64,000 bases of DNA from the human T2T-CHM13v2.0 reference genome, Homo sapiens. The notes under the pieces are model-generated. The model saw only the letters and a list, made by a program, of their open reading frames with translations. It made no database searches and was not told the DNA's origin. Of the stretch, positions 1 to 14,494 are shown one piece after another. Every line of letters starts with the position of its first letter. Position 1 is the first letter of the stretch. A program made the translations under genes and the position numbers. The DNA is taken from the NCBI RefSeq assembly GCF_009914755.1, contig NC_060938.1, one strand, 5' to 3'.

Positions 1-918
1 GGTTACACAGCTCCTCAATATCCCAGGGAAATAGTTTTGTAATTTCTGCCACTTCTTAGCCAAAGACACTCTCCTCATTATCTCCATCTCACAGTTGCTG
101 TTTATTGAGCTACTTTAAACCCTAGTTCAGAAGGATGGTCCTTAAGATAAAAAAGATGTGAAATGAAAAGCAGATGCTTCAATGTGCTGGGGTCATGTCT
201 GGGTCTGGAAATGGAAACAGAGACAGCAGGTTTTTATATTCTCTTGAGCAAACCCCAGGACATTCTTTAAAATGAAGCAGTCAAAAAATATAAATATTTC
301 CATTAGTCAAAGGATACCAAACCAAGGTTTGTCAACTTAGTGACTGTGAGAACTTCTCCAAGTGGAAATATTTACCAGAAGACTGAGGCAATCATTGTTA
401 CCAAGAGCTTTTGTGAGCCATGTGCACCCTTTTCTCTCAATTTTCACACAGGCATATTGTGGCAAGGAAAGGTAAAGAAAACAAAAAAGAATGAAGTACA
501 ACAGGGGCTGAGAGGGAAAGTTTAGGAAGGACGAAAAGGAATGAGCAGAGAGGGTGAGTGGTACAAAAAAGAGTAAGTTTTGAAGTCAGATGGGCATACA
601 TGTACATTCTGGCTTTGGGATAATTGATCTAATTGCCCAAAACCAAATGGTCTCACCTGTATAGTGAATATGGTTCTATTTATCTCGAGGGTAAGTGTGA
701 AGAGTAAGCAAGCTGCTGCAAGCAAGGTGCCAGCATGGTATGTGACAGAATGGACCTTAATAAAGAGAGGGGGTAGTGGTGATTTAAAGGAAATCTACAT
801 GGATATTCCAGAATCTTTTAAATTGACTATGAATTGACTATTAAATTAACTATTCATCCTGATAATTCTATAAAATGTAAATAGGTGAAGTGGCACAAAA
901 TAAAAATTATTTTGAATG

Positions 919-1095
919 CAGTGTGACTCTCAATCCTGGATGCTTATCAAAATCCCTTGTGGACCTTAAAAAAAATTCAATTTCCGGGCCTCACCTGTAC
1001 AAATTTGTTTTCAGTAACTCTGAGATAGGACTCAGACATTTGTGTTATATTAAGAGTTCAACATGTATTCTGACGCCCCAACAAGAGAACTGCTG
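919..1095. mobile_element. MER5-family hAT-Charlie DNA transposon relic
   Basis: CAGTG..CTCAA start, GAGAACTGCTG end, ~180 bp, MER5-like internal motifs. Confidence 0.6.
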
Positions 1096-3295
1096 CTATA
1101 GATACTACATAAGATGGAATATAAAACATCACTAAGGAAAGAAACACGCATTTCTCCACTTGCATGAATATAGCAACTTTCTAAATCATATTGAAACCTC
1201 TAGTTATAAGATCTTCCATTTTCTGCATCTATTTACTCAAACTTCTTCTGTGGTTATATCTACCTGTAAGACCAAGATGTGTCTCATAAGGAAGATCACG
1301 GACACAATAAACCCTTTCTCTAGAATGTGTTCCAGTTTCCAACCATTCCTTCGTGGGTCTATATAATATTTATAATCGAATGACTTCCATTTCAAATGTA
1401 TGGAGAAGCACACCCCTAAGAATGGGGCAGTGACCACAGCATGTGATATCCTCAGGAGTGATGAGGGTAACATGTCATTTAACATTTTGCTTCAATTTAT
1501 TTGACTGCCTCCATCTGTGCAAGCATTGATTGGTATAAGAAGAATGAGTTACTTCACTTCAGATGGTTCATTAGGGAATCAAAACTATTGAATGAGAATT
1601 TCTTTGTGAATCAAGGCTAAATGATTAATAATGTATCAAACCCCAAAAGAAGACACTTTATTGTCCATGAATGCTTTTATAATGCAATTTTCATTAAAGA
1701 TTACAGCTGTGATTATTTAATACCCATCATTTCCACCACTCCAAAAAAGAAAACAGTTATAAAACACAAATCTTTTGTTCTTATATCACGAAGTTAAACA
1801 TTTTAAAAAGCTGCACTTGAAAAAGAAAAACAGCTTATAATGCATTTGCTTTTAGATATGCAACAGAAAAATTGCTCCAAATAAATTTTAAAATGAAATG
1901 CCAGAAACTTGGAGAAACGTACTTAGTGGGCCAAGAAAACAAAAGAGTGGATGGTGATGTGAGTCTCCCTTCTCTTTCATCAGGTTTTACTTAGCTAAGA
2001 TCAGGCATGCAATTGCAGATAAACAAACAAAGGAACTTACATTTAAACATGGCAGATTCCTAAAAGGACTTCTCCACATAAGGGAGAGAGCTCATCTCAT
2101 CTCAGCGCCTCCCTGTCTCTCCTGGATCAACCAGCTGCTCCTCATTGCTTGGGGAGCAAGTTGTGAAGAATGCTGGTTAATTGTAATTAAAGTGAAGAAA
2201 TTCCATTCAGATGTAATCATAAAGGGAAATGACAGAGACACAAAAGAAATGAAGAAATTAAAAAAAAATTAAACCCACTAAAACCTTGAAGCCCTGAAGT
2301 AACCCCAGATTGCAAGAAAAACAGATTGGTCTTTAAAAAAAAATCCTTCTGATAGAAAAGTCACATCAACTAAGAAGAATTCTGAGAAAAGAAGGTCACA
2401 TTGGTAAGAAAACAACAGATAGTCATTTTAAGAGCTTAACAATGTAGAGAAGCATGTGAAAAAAAAAAAGAAGTAAGAAGGATGGCTCTGCAATTATCTA
2501 ACGTCTTACCTTCTTTAGTATACTGGGGGCTTTTATACAGGTTTTCTTTGACAGATAGTGTTAACAAATAAAAGGACAAGGTGAAATCTCTCTTTTGCTC
2601 TCTCTGTTTCTCCCTGTCTCTGTCTCGCTCTTTTTTTTTTAATAGAGAGGAAAGGTCCAATGTCTTTTTTACTATGTTCTTAAGACATCTAAATAGAAAT
2701 ATGATCTCCTGAAAGAGATTAATCGTTCATTGAAGTAGTCCTTCATAGATTTTTGACCCTGAAAGGAAATTACAGAAAACAGTCCAGCCCCCACAGGCAT
2801 CATGATTCAGGCAAGGATGCCATCTAAAACATTTGTGTGGGCTGTGAGTTGAATTTGAGTTGAACTGGTATAATGTGGGTGTAAGGCAAAAGAGTGGCCT
2901 GAAGTGGAAACGGAGGAAAAAAAAATGAGGTATCCAAGATATTTGCACTTATTTTCTTGCCAAAGTTACCAAAGCACTGGCCTTCTGTAGGCAGAAGCAG
3001 AGACATCTGGGACCCTTCAGCTTCAGCTTTCGTATTCCCAGACCCAAGTCACTGTTTCTAAATTAACATGTGTTACTGGGGGGTAACTTTCTATCATAAA
3101 TAGCTAGTTGTATTGTTTGGATACTTCAGAACCTAAAACAACATATTCAATGTACATTAGCTAATTAAAGATTAAGACTTTTTAAAACCAGATACCAGAA
3201 GTGACTTTTTTCTTTCTTTCTTTTTTAAGTGCCCATATAAGAAAAGATTCCAAGTAGGTCTTAATAATAGCATGTTCATGAGCCTCACTATTCAG

Positions 3296-3657
3296 AGGCA
3301 GCATAAAATATGGGAAAGCGCATGAACTTTAAATTTAGAGCGACCCTACTCTACCACAAGCAATGTGACTTCGGAAATTTAAAAAACTGACATTTATTGA
3401 AAATTTACTATTTGTCAGACACTGTTCTAAGCATCTGATGTATATTAAAACATGTAACCTACATAATAGCTCTAGGATTTAAATATTATTATCATAGATG
3501 TTAAAACAAAAATACACAGAGGTCATATGGCTAATGAGTGAAAAAGCTAATCTTTGAATCCAGAATGAAAGCTTGTTTTTCGACTCATGCACTCAACCAC
3601 TATGTTACACCATTCCTCACCATTATTTAATTTCTCTGCCTAAGGCTTAATTTTCCT
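3296..3657. mobile_element. Nested MIR fragments (+ MIR interrupted by - MIR at ~3391-3610)
   Basis: MIR core motifs (tgtgacttcgg; catttattga..cactgttctaagc; aaccactatg). The + copy appears to resume at ~4424 after the L1. Confidence 0.55.
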
Positions 3658-3659
3658 TT

Positions 3660-4423
<764 letters not shown>

Positions 4424-5749
4424 TTCTTAAGCCTCAATTTTTCTAATATATTGGAATTGAATGATTGTGATAAAGATTATGTGTGTATATATATATATCT
4501 TAATTGTTTATATAATGCTACTCTTAAGAGGACTTCTAATTCTAGTCATGATGAAACAGTGTAGACTAGATTTATCTTCCTACCTTAAGCAAGTAGAAAA
4601 TGAGGAGGAAACTTGTGAAACTATGTTATTCAAATGTTTGGGAACTGGTAGCACAGGCCAGGTGATCTCTGAAAGAAGTGAAACAAATAAAGTTGCCCTC
4701 TTATTGCCCCCAGCTTACTGCCTGGAGAGTTTCCAGGATGTAGTGCAGAAGCAGAGAGCCAAAATAGAGCTAGAAGTTTTTCTGAATGCAGGAAACAGAG
4801 TTTGGAATTCAGGGAAGCTAAAGTAGCTAGAATTAGTGGGAGAAGAATATAGGAAAGGAGAAAGTTGCACAGAGAAAGCCCTCCAGAGATCTGAAGAGGG
4901 AGTTTCTGTGAGTTTTGGCTGAGTACTGATGTGCATATATGTAAAAGAAAACTATCCAAGGCCAGGGAATAAAGAAGGCAAACAATTTCAGAAGCCCACA
5001 TGGGGCTGAAGAAAGTTCGGTTCCAGTTGAACTGAGTGGAAAGACTTTCTAATACATGGAGAATTGGGTAGAGTACTCAGTATTGTATTGACTTAGAAGT
5101 GGGGCTAAATTAGTTTAGACTAAAGGTTGCCTTTAGATCTGCCCTAAAAAACTTAAAAGCAACTCTCAAAAGCATCAAACAAATGACAAGTAATTTATTG
5201 TAACCTAGAACAAAGCTAAACAGGATTTAAAGGATAAAACAAAATTTAGCACCCAAGTATGTAAGATTCATAATGTTGGCATCCAGTCAAAAATTACCAG
5301 GCATGCCAGTAAGTGAGAAACTATCACCTATTTTTAAGGAAAAAAAAATCTATCAATAAAAATAGACCCAGAAATGGAAAGATGATAGAATTAGTAGATA
5401 AGAATATTGTAACAGCTACTGTAAATATCCTCAATATGTTTAAGAAGGTAGAGGGAAAAAATGAGCACGGTGAGGAGAAAAAGGTAATATACCAAAATGA
5501 CTTGAATCAAACCATTTCTGACATAAAACATGAACTGGATGAAATTAACAACAGATTTGACACTGCAGAAGAAAATATCAGTGAATTCGAAGACATAGTA
5601 ACAGAAGATATTCAAGATAAAATACACAGAGATAAAAGACTAAAACAGTAATAGAACATAAGTGAATTGTGGGACAAAATTAAGTGGTCTAACATGCAAG
5701 AAAGGGAAGGAAAAATATTTTTTAATAATGATAAAAAAAAATTCCACAT

Positions 5750-6112
5750 TGTACTAATCTGTTCTCACACTGCTAATAAAGACATACCCAAGACTGGCTA
5801 ATTTATAAAAGAAAGAGGTTTAATTGACTCACAGTTCCACATGGCTGGGGAAGCCTCACAAACATGGCAGAAGGAGAACGAGGAGTACAAGTCACTTCTT
5901 AGATGGCAGCAGGCAAAAGAGCATGTGTAAAGGAATTCCCCTTTATAAAACCATCAGTCTCTGAGACTTATTCATTATCACAAGAACAGCACTGGAAAGA
6001 CCCACCTCCATGATTCAATTACTTCCTACTGGGTTCGTCCCACCACATGTGAGAATTATGGGAGCTGCAATTCAATATGAGATTTCAGTGGGGACACAGC
6101 CAAACTTTATCA
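5750..6112 (-). mobile_element. THE1B-like solo LTR (ERVL-MaLR)
   Basis: TG..CA ends, 363 bp, matches reverse complement of THE1 LTR. Perfect 5-bp TSD CACAT. Confidence 0.92.
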
Positions 6113-6368
6113 CACATTTAATGAAAACTACAAACCCCCAGATTCATGAAGCACAACACACTCCAAGCAAAATAATTATAAAGTCAGTCCAAGTCACATC
6201 ATATTCAAATTACTGAAAACCGGTAATAAAAATAATCATTTAAAAATCCAGTGAGAAAAAAAAATTACATATAGAAGACTGAAGGAAAGAATGGCAGCAC
6301 ACTCCCTTTGGGTAACTACGGAAGGTGAGAAGACAATGAAATGGCACCCTTAACATATTAAAAGCATT

Positions 6369-6688
<320 letters not shown>

Positions 6689-7625
6689 CTATATCCAGCA
6701 AAAATATATATCAAAAATGAAGGTGAATTAAAGACTTTTTCAGACAACCAAAAGCTGAAATGATGTATTATCAGAAGTTTTTTATGTAGAAGGAAAATGG
6801 TGTATATAAATTTGAATCCACAAAAACAGGGAAGAGCACCAGAAATGGCAAAGATGTTAGTAAATATAAAAAACATTTTTTCACATTTAAAAAATATCTT
6901 TGAATGATAATTGACTGTTTAGAATACAAGTAATAACAATATAGTATAGGTTCTATAATGTATGTGGAAATAAAATGTATGATAAGAATAATGTAAAAAG
7001 CAGAGGAAAGGGAGTATAGTACAGTAGGGTCTTCATGGTATTATATTATTTGAAGACAACTATGATAAACTAAAGATGTACATTATAAGCCCTAAGAAAC
7101 AATTTTTTAAGTGTAGTTAATAAGTCAATAGTTGAGTTATTATGGAATTAGAAAACATATTTACTTAATCCCCAGAATGTAGGAAAAGGGAAAAAGAAGA
7201 AAGAATAGATAGAAAAGATATAAACTGTTTTCTACAGTTTCCAACAGAAATCAAATTGAAAGGTGGTAGACTTAAATCCAATTGTATCAATAATTATATT
7301 CATTATAAGTGGTCATAGTTCTGCCCTTGGGAAAGAAAGAAGCATTTTACTGACCAACAGTCAGTGCTTCCATAATAAAGGCTACATGATCACATGATTA
7401 TAAAATAAAAGTGCATTAAGGCATGCAGTTAACACTGATTTCCCTTTGAGGAAAAGATAGCCATGAGGCATTATATTTATAGACCTTCTCTCCTGAAGTT
7501 AGGACGACGTGCAAGTAGAAACATAGCCATACAGAGAGGAAGGTTAGAGGGTAAGCAAACTCTTAACCATGGTGAAATTCAGGCAGAATGAGATTGTGGG
7601 GAGAGAAGAAAAGGGAAAAAAAGTG

Positions 7626-7965
7626 GGTGCTTGTTAAATGCAGATCTCCAAACCTCAGCATGAGTGATTGAGTCAGTAGATCTCGGATTGTACCTAAAAG
7701 TCTGCATCTTTAGCATGTACCTACAGGTAATTAGGTGGAATCACATGGGGGACACTGGTGGAGCAGTTTGGAGAATAGGACCACAGGTCTATGATCAGGC
7801 TGCCTTGACTGGACTCAGTTCTACCAATCACTTGCTTGGCACAAGTCACTCAATTTCGATTTAATGATGAGTAGATAGTGGTATTTGTATTCATTGAGTT
7901 ACTTTACTTAAAACACTTAGCACAGTGCCTAGCACACAGTCATATTCATGTTAACCATTATTGTT
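7626..7965. mobile_element. MER5-like fragment followed by MIR fragment
   Basis: gcttgttaaatgcagat..ctgcatctttagca, then MIR end aaaacacttagcacagtgcctagcacacagt. Confidence 0.55.
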
Positions 7966-8314
7966 ATTCTCATATTTCTGAATAATTTGGATTTTTATAT
8001 GGATGACATTTTCGTATTATTCAGTGTTATTTCCAAGCCATGTTGGAAGTTGAGACAAAAGGATAACACCAGTAATGTTGATCTTGTCTTTATTTTTTCA
8101 TCATGGACTTTTTTGTTAATTTGATTTTTTAAATATTATTTATTTGGGGAGTTTTTTTTAGAGCCTTGACTCTAGTGCCTCACTTGCCTCACCCTATTCT
8201 GGCCCTGTATCACTTGTGTAATTAAAAAATAGGTGGGGAACAGGCATATCTCTATGATTACATAATTCACTAATCAAATTGAGAGAAACAGGTGTGGTCC
8301 CACCCTCTGAATGA

Positions 8315-8677
<363 letters not shown>

Positions 8678-8809
8678 TATTCAAGTCATTTCTTATGCCT
8701 TCTTTCAAATACTTAGCTTTCCTAAGAGCATTTCTAGAAATAGTTTACTAAGAAATTATTTGCACAACTGTTTAAAAACATCTCACCTACAAAATGACCG
8801 CAAACAATA

Positions 8810-9062
8810 ACAATATGGGAACTCATGTTGTACCCAGTTTGCATCAGGTATTGTTCTAAGCACTCTACATATGTGAAATGATTTAATTCTCTCAACAGTC
8901 CTATGAAATAAGTAGCATTTTTATCCCCACTTTACAGATGAAGAAACAAAGGTCCTTAGAGGTTATGTGAGTTCCCACAAATAACACAACTAAAAAGTGA
9001 CAGAGTCAGGATGTAACACTAGGCTTTTTGATTTGATACCTTACTGCTGACCACTACACTGC
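8810..9062 (-). mobile_element. MIR
   Basis: atccccactttacagatgaagaaac..agaggtta core. Confidence 0.75.
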
Positions 9063-10359
9063 ATGGTCTTTCACCCCCAAACTAAGGAAACAGAGACCTA
9101 GGACCACATGACTTTAGTCAGCAGCAAAAACTTCTGGGACCCTTCAACTCCTATGGTTTATATTCCTAGCACCGAATTGCTGTTTCTCTCTTGACCAGTA
9201 TCATGAGCAGGTAACCACATTAATAGCTGGTTCCACTGCCAAAATATTTGGGAATATAAAGGAATTTTATTCAGTGGTTTATAGTGAAATTGGCTGTTCA
9301 TTGGCAGAAAGAGACACCCAACACACACACCTACATCCTTTAAGTGTGCATGGGAATTCATTCCACTTGTCAAGAGAGATTTATGTAGAAAGAAAGGACA
9401 CTTGGATTGCTTAGGCATGGGTCCCTTTTACACATTGTGATATCTTTGCAGTCCTGAAGGCCTCTGACAGCATGTCAATGTGGAAAGCAGTATCTTGTTG
9501 AAAGCTTGATGAGTACATCTTATTTATAATGCTAACTAATTCTTGTTGCAGATAATCCTCTTCGAGTGATGTTTACATAGGATACAGAGAAATAACAGGA
9601 TAAAAATAGTTACTATGAAATTCTCCACAGGCTATAAACAGTTTTAACTTTTGGCAAAAGGACCTTATTATTTACATACTCAGACAAATACAGGCCACAC
9701 ACTCCTCAGATTATTAATGTTCCTCTGCAAATAACTGACATACACAGTGTGTAAATATACCAACTGAACCCCTTCCTGTGTCTTAATTAAATTCTACCAA
9801 TCTTGCTCAGAGTCCTGTGTATTTGGTTTATCTTATGATCATCATTTATATATATCAATAATACTGCAGTCAGAGATCTTTTTTTGCCTTCTTTTTTCTA
9901 AAACAAATGCGGTCAGAAGTAATTTGTTTCTTATGAGAGACAATGCCTAACTCCAAAATCTCAGCATTTCAATTCCTCACCGTCCAAATGACCATAAAAC
10001 TCCAAATAACATCAACTCAAATACCACAATCCTAGTACAGAACAAAGTGGCAGATTTTTTAACTGAAGTAAAGAGTGCACTTGTTTACATGAAAACAGTT
10101 ATTTCTCTGTCAAATCCTCATGGTAAGAACAGAATCTCAGCTCAACTTTTTTAGGTCAAATGAAGCACCATATTTATAAATAAAGCTTTCATTCTCTTTT
10201 CTCTCTAAGCTGTAAATTCTTTGCAACCTCTGGCATTTGCAGTATGAACATTTGTCTGATTTAGTTGCAAGACAGAGACACTCTGTTATGGAACAAGAAG
10301 CACTGCTGCAGTCATCCATATCCCAAAACATTCCTAAAACATAGGTGTCTTATGGGATT

Positions 10360-10911
10360 TGTGGTAAGTGGAATAATGACTCCCCAAAAATGTCCACATC
10401 CTCACCCCTGGAACCTGTGGCCATGTTACCTTACAAGGCAAAGGGAATTTTGCAGATGTGATTAGGGTTAAGGGCCTTCAGAAGGTGAGAGTATCGTGGC
10501 TTATTCAGGTGGGCCCAATTAATCACATAGGTATTTAAGATAGGAAAACTTTCACCCAGTGAGATTAGTCAGAGGGAGATGCTAACACAGAAGACTGGTC
10601 TGAAATATGCAATGTTGCTAGCTTTAAAATAGGAGGAAGGGGTAGTTTCCCGAGTCTCTAAGGAATTTGTTTCCTTTGTCTAGTTTCTTTCTAGAAACAG
10701 AAAACTGTGAAATCACTTTCTAGAAACTAGACAAAGGAAACAAATTCCTTAGAGACCCCGGAAAGAACTGCAACCCTGCCAACCCCTTGATTTTAGCCCA
10801 GTGACACCTGTGTCAGACTTCAACCTACAAAGGTGTAAGATTATAAATTGGTGTTGTTTTAGGTCATTGAATTTGTGGTAATTTATTGCAGCAGCAATAG
10901 GAAACTAATAC
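10360..10911 (+). mobile_element. MLT1D-like solo LTR containing an internal fold-back
   Basis: TGTGGTA..GAATAATG start, GGAAACTAATACA end, tttgcagatgtgatta motif. Confidence 0.85.
10654..10756. repeat. Perfect 35-bp inverted repeat, 33-bp spacer
   Basis: 10654-10688 GTCTCTAAGGAATTTGTTTCCTTTGTCTAGTTTCT is the exact reverse complement of 10722-10756. Confidence 0.95.
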
Positions 10912-11610
10912 AGAGTATTTTGCAGTTAATAGGCAACTCATTCAACTTCACAGGGCATATAACTCCATTTTTGCAAAACATAATTTTTTAGCATTTATTT
11001 CTACCAAGAAAATGCACGGCCTTCTCTTTATAAAAAATCATGTATGCTATTAGAACATAAGGAGTTCATCCATCTTCTATTTTCCAGGAAATAAACTCAA
11101 GGAGTATTCTAAGGTACTGAAACCAAAACCACTGAACTTCGGTCCTCAAGCTTCAATAAGTTCCCATATTTCCTTAAGGTAAAAGATTCTCAGAATTTTC
11201 TAACAGTTAGTAATTTCTGATTTCTCTGAAATCTTGGATTCACCACCAAGTTACAAGGAAAGCAGGTGCAGTGTGGAAAGAGAGGGGAGTGACCCTAAGC
11301 CCGGCTCCCAGATGATTTCCTTAGATCCTGGAGTTTCACTCACACCTGGCAGATCACTTTATCATTTATTATTTTCTTATACAAATATTGATTGTGTGTC
11401 TATAATGTTCCGAACACTGTGCTGGGGATACAGTGGTGAACATAACAGACAGTGCTTCCATCGCAAGAGCTGGAATTTTTACAGAGTTCCAACAGAGCGA
11501 TGAGAGTTTACAGAACCATGAGAACTTTCCAGCTAATGAGCACCTGGTAGGGACTCTTGCTCTGCTGAGAATGAAGAGCAGTGACTTAGCAACTGTTAAA
11601 ACTCACTTCA

Positions 11611-11924
<314 letters not shown>

Positions 11925-12070
11925 AACTCACTTCACCCTCCTGGCAACTTACATCTTTGTCTCTGACCCTATTCCTAATGGGCTAGAATAACAGAGGTCC
12001 TATAATTTTTTTTCTATTCTCCACCCTACAACATGTCTTCTTTGTGTGCAAGCTCAGAAAGGCCTTTTGC

Positions 12071-12261
12071 CTAGTTATTCTCGAATTTTAGTGTGTACAA
12101 GAATAACCTGGAGTGTTTGTTTAAAATACAAGTCCCTGGACTGTCATCAAGATAGTCAGATTCCATGAGTGTGATGTGAGATCCAGGAGTCAGAATTGTT
12201 AAACAAACACTCCAGGTGAAATCTACTGAAATGGCTGCAGATTGCACCTTCACAAAAACTG
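12071..12261. mobile_element. MER5-family DNA transposon relic
   Basis: ttctcgaattttagtgtgta..gaataacctgga..aacaaacactccaggtga. Confidence 0.6.
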
Positions 12262-12449
12262 ATTTATGTGCTGAAGTGTTCATATGCATACAACTAAGAA
12301 TATTATTACTTTAAAAAAATAATTTTTGTTTTATTCTGAATTTTTGAAATTTTTATTTATGAGGAGAAAAAAATTATGCAACTAATAAATCATCTAGCAT
12401 TCGAGAGATACTTAGAGATAATCACTGTTAACTTCTGTTCATTTTTTTC

Positions 12450-13980
12450 CAGTTTATTTTTCCTTATTTGAAGTCATACTGTAAAGGCCTGGGTCTTGCC
12501 CATTTCAAGTAAATATAAACAATTTCCCATTGAACTACATTCTTCTTTAAAAATGAGATAGTCTTTCATTAGTCTCCTTTTAGGTTCCTCAGTAAAGTTT
12601 ATAAATTTTCTTTATGTAGATGACATACATTTCTTGATAACTTGATTCCTAGATATTTTCAAAACTTATTATTAATAACAATTGTTTCCTATTATGTTTT
12701 CACATTTTAAAAATACAAGTATGTATTAAACCCACTGATTTGTATACACTTAAGTTTTAACAGGCTACCTTGTTTCATTCTCTTGGTAGTTCTAACAGCT
12801 TTTAAGTCCATTCTCTTTAGTTTGTTATATGATCTGCAAATAATGACAATTTTTTCTCCTTCGCTCTAATATTTATGACTCACTGATTTTTTCCTATCTT
12901 CTTGCATGTGCTACAACTTTGAAGCCAACACTAAATAATTAATAATAATTAATGGCCTTACATTATTTCTGACTTTAAGGACATCGTTCCAGTCTTTTAC
13001 AATTAAGTATCATCTGTTCTACTAATATCAGACCGATCGTTTCACTATGTTAAGGAAGTTTTCTACTATGAAAGTTATGAAGACTTTTAAGATCAAGATG
13101 AAGTGTTACATCTTATCAAATAATTTTTTGCATCTACTAAGAAAAGGATTTTTTTTCTTCTTGGTTTTAAATATTAATCCATTTCATAATGTTAAGCTAC
13201 TGCTGTATTTCCAAAAGAGAAGCATTTACTCATTGATTAATTTTTTAGTATAGTTACAGTAATATTTTAATTAGAATTGCATTCATATTTATAAATGAGA
13301 TTAATTTGTAATTTTGCACGTGTATATGGAAATATCCACTACATCTGCAAGGTTTCTTATCAGGTTAATAAAGCAAATTGGGAAGATACTCATCTTATTC
13401 TAAGTTTTGTTCCAGAGCATAGATTTATTTACTTATTTATTTGGAGATTTTTTTTAATTGCACTTAAAATACTTTGAGCTTGGTATTTCTGAGAATTTGT
13501 TTTTGTTGCCATCTATGTGAACAATAGGTTAACTGAGTATAGAATTCTTAAATCACGTCTTATCCTTCAAAATCTGAAGACTGCCTCCTAGCATTTAATA
13601 TTGTGAAATAGACATAATCCTTAAATAACTTGTTCCCTCTCCCTGAATGATTGCAGGTACTTTTCCTTTTTTTCTGAAGATTGAAGTATGTTGTAGGTTA
13701 TGTCTGGGATAGTGTCTTTTTGTTTACTTTGCCTAATTTTATTTGATAAATATTTGTATGCTCAAAATTCTAGTGCTCATCTGAAGAAAATTTCCTTCTC
13801 ATTTTATAATTATTTATCTGTACTGTTTCTATGATCTTCCTAGGTTGAATTGCTTGGGACTATTCTCCAGTTTTTTAAATATTTTCTCTTATAATGACTA
13901 TTTAAATTTTTCCAGGAGTTTTGTCAGATTTATTAAACATAGCTGAAGATAGTCATAATAGTGAGTTTTGTTTGTGTGTT
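12450..13980 (-). mobile_element. Highly decayed L1M fragments
   Basis: T-rich, motifs such as tgattcctagatattt, atctgcaaataatgacaattt, ttaaggaagttt. Boundaries approximate. Confidence 0.55.
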
Positions 13981-14494
13981 TTCATATTTGTTTTCCATGT
14001 TTGCTATGACAACTTGAAGTGAACTGGGAATGTGATCTTGTTTCTTATAACAACTGAAGTGACTGTTGCTACAAAGTTCCAGTTTCGGATGGGTCCCCAC
14101 TTCATTCAGGAGGCTTTCACAAGCAAGGACAAGGTATAAGCGCCATAACAGTAGCTCAAGGTATACATCTCAGAGATTTTACTGGAACTGAGATCTATGT
14201 AGCACTCCTCATACTTCCTGATTACCCCAGAGCTTAACTGTCCTGAGACAATACCACTCTGAGTGAAGGGCCAACCACCTTGTAAGTCACCATAAGCAAT
14301 GAAAAGCCTGCTTGAAAAATCTCCTAATACTAACTAGCTTAATCAGCCTCTCTTTTGCCAAAATAAAAGAAAAATAATTATTTGAGGTTCATGGCATTTA
14401 AGGCCCCAATTTTCAGTTGTGACAAGGGTTTTTCCTTCTCATTATGGCCCTTTGTTAAATGGGAATGTGAACAGGGAATAAGTTAAATAAATGG

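Noticed and set aside
5313-5651. Coiled-coil ORF as a domesticated gene
   Set aside because: A decayed L1 ORF1 fragment interrupted by THE1B and Alu insertions
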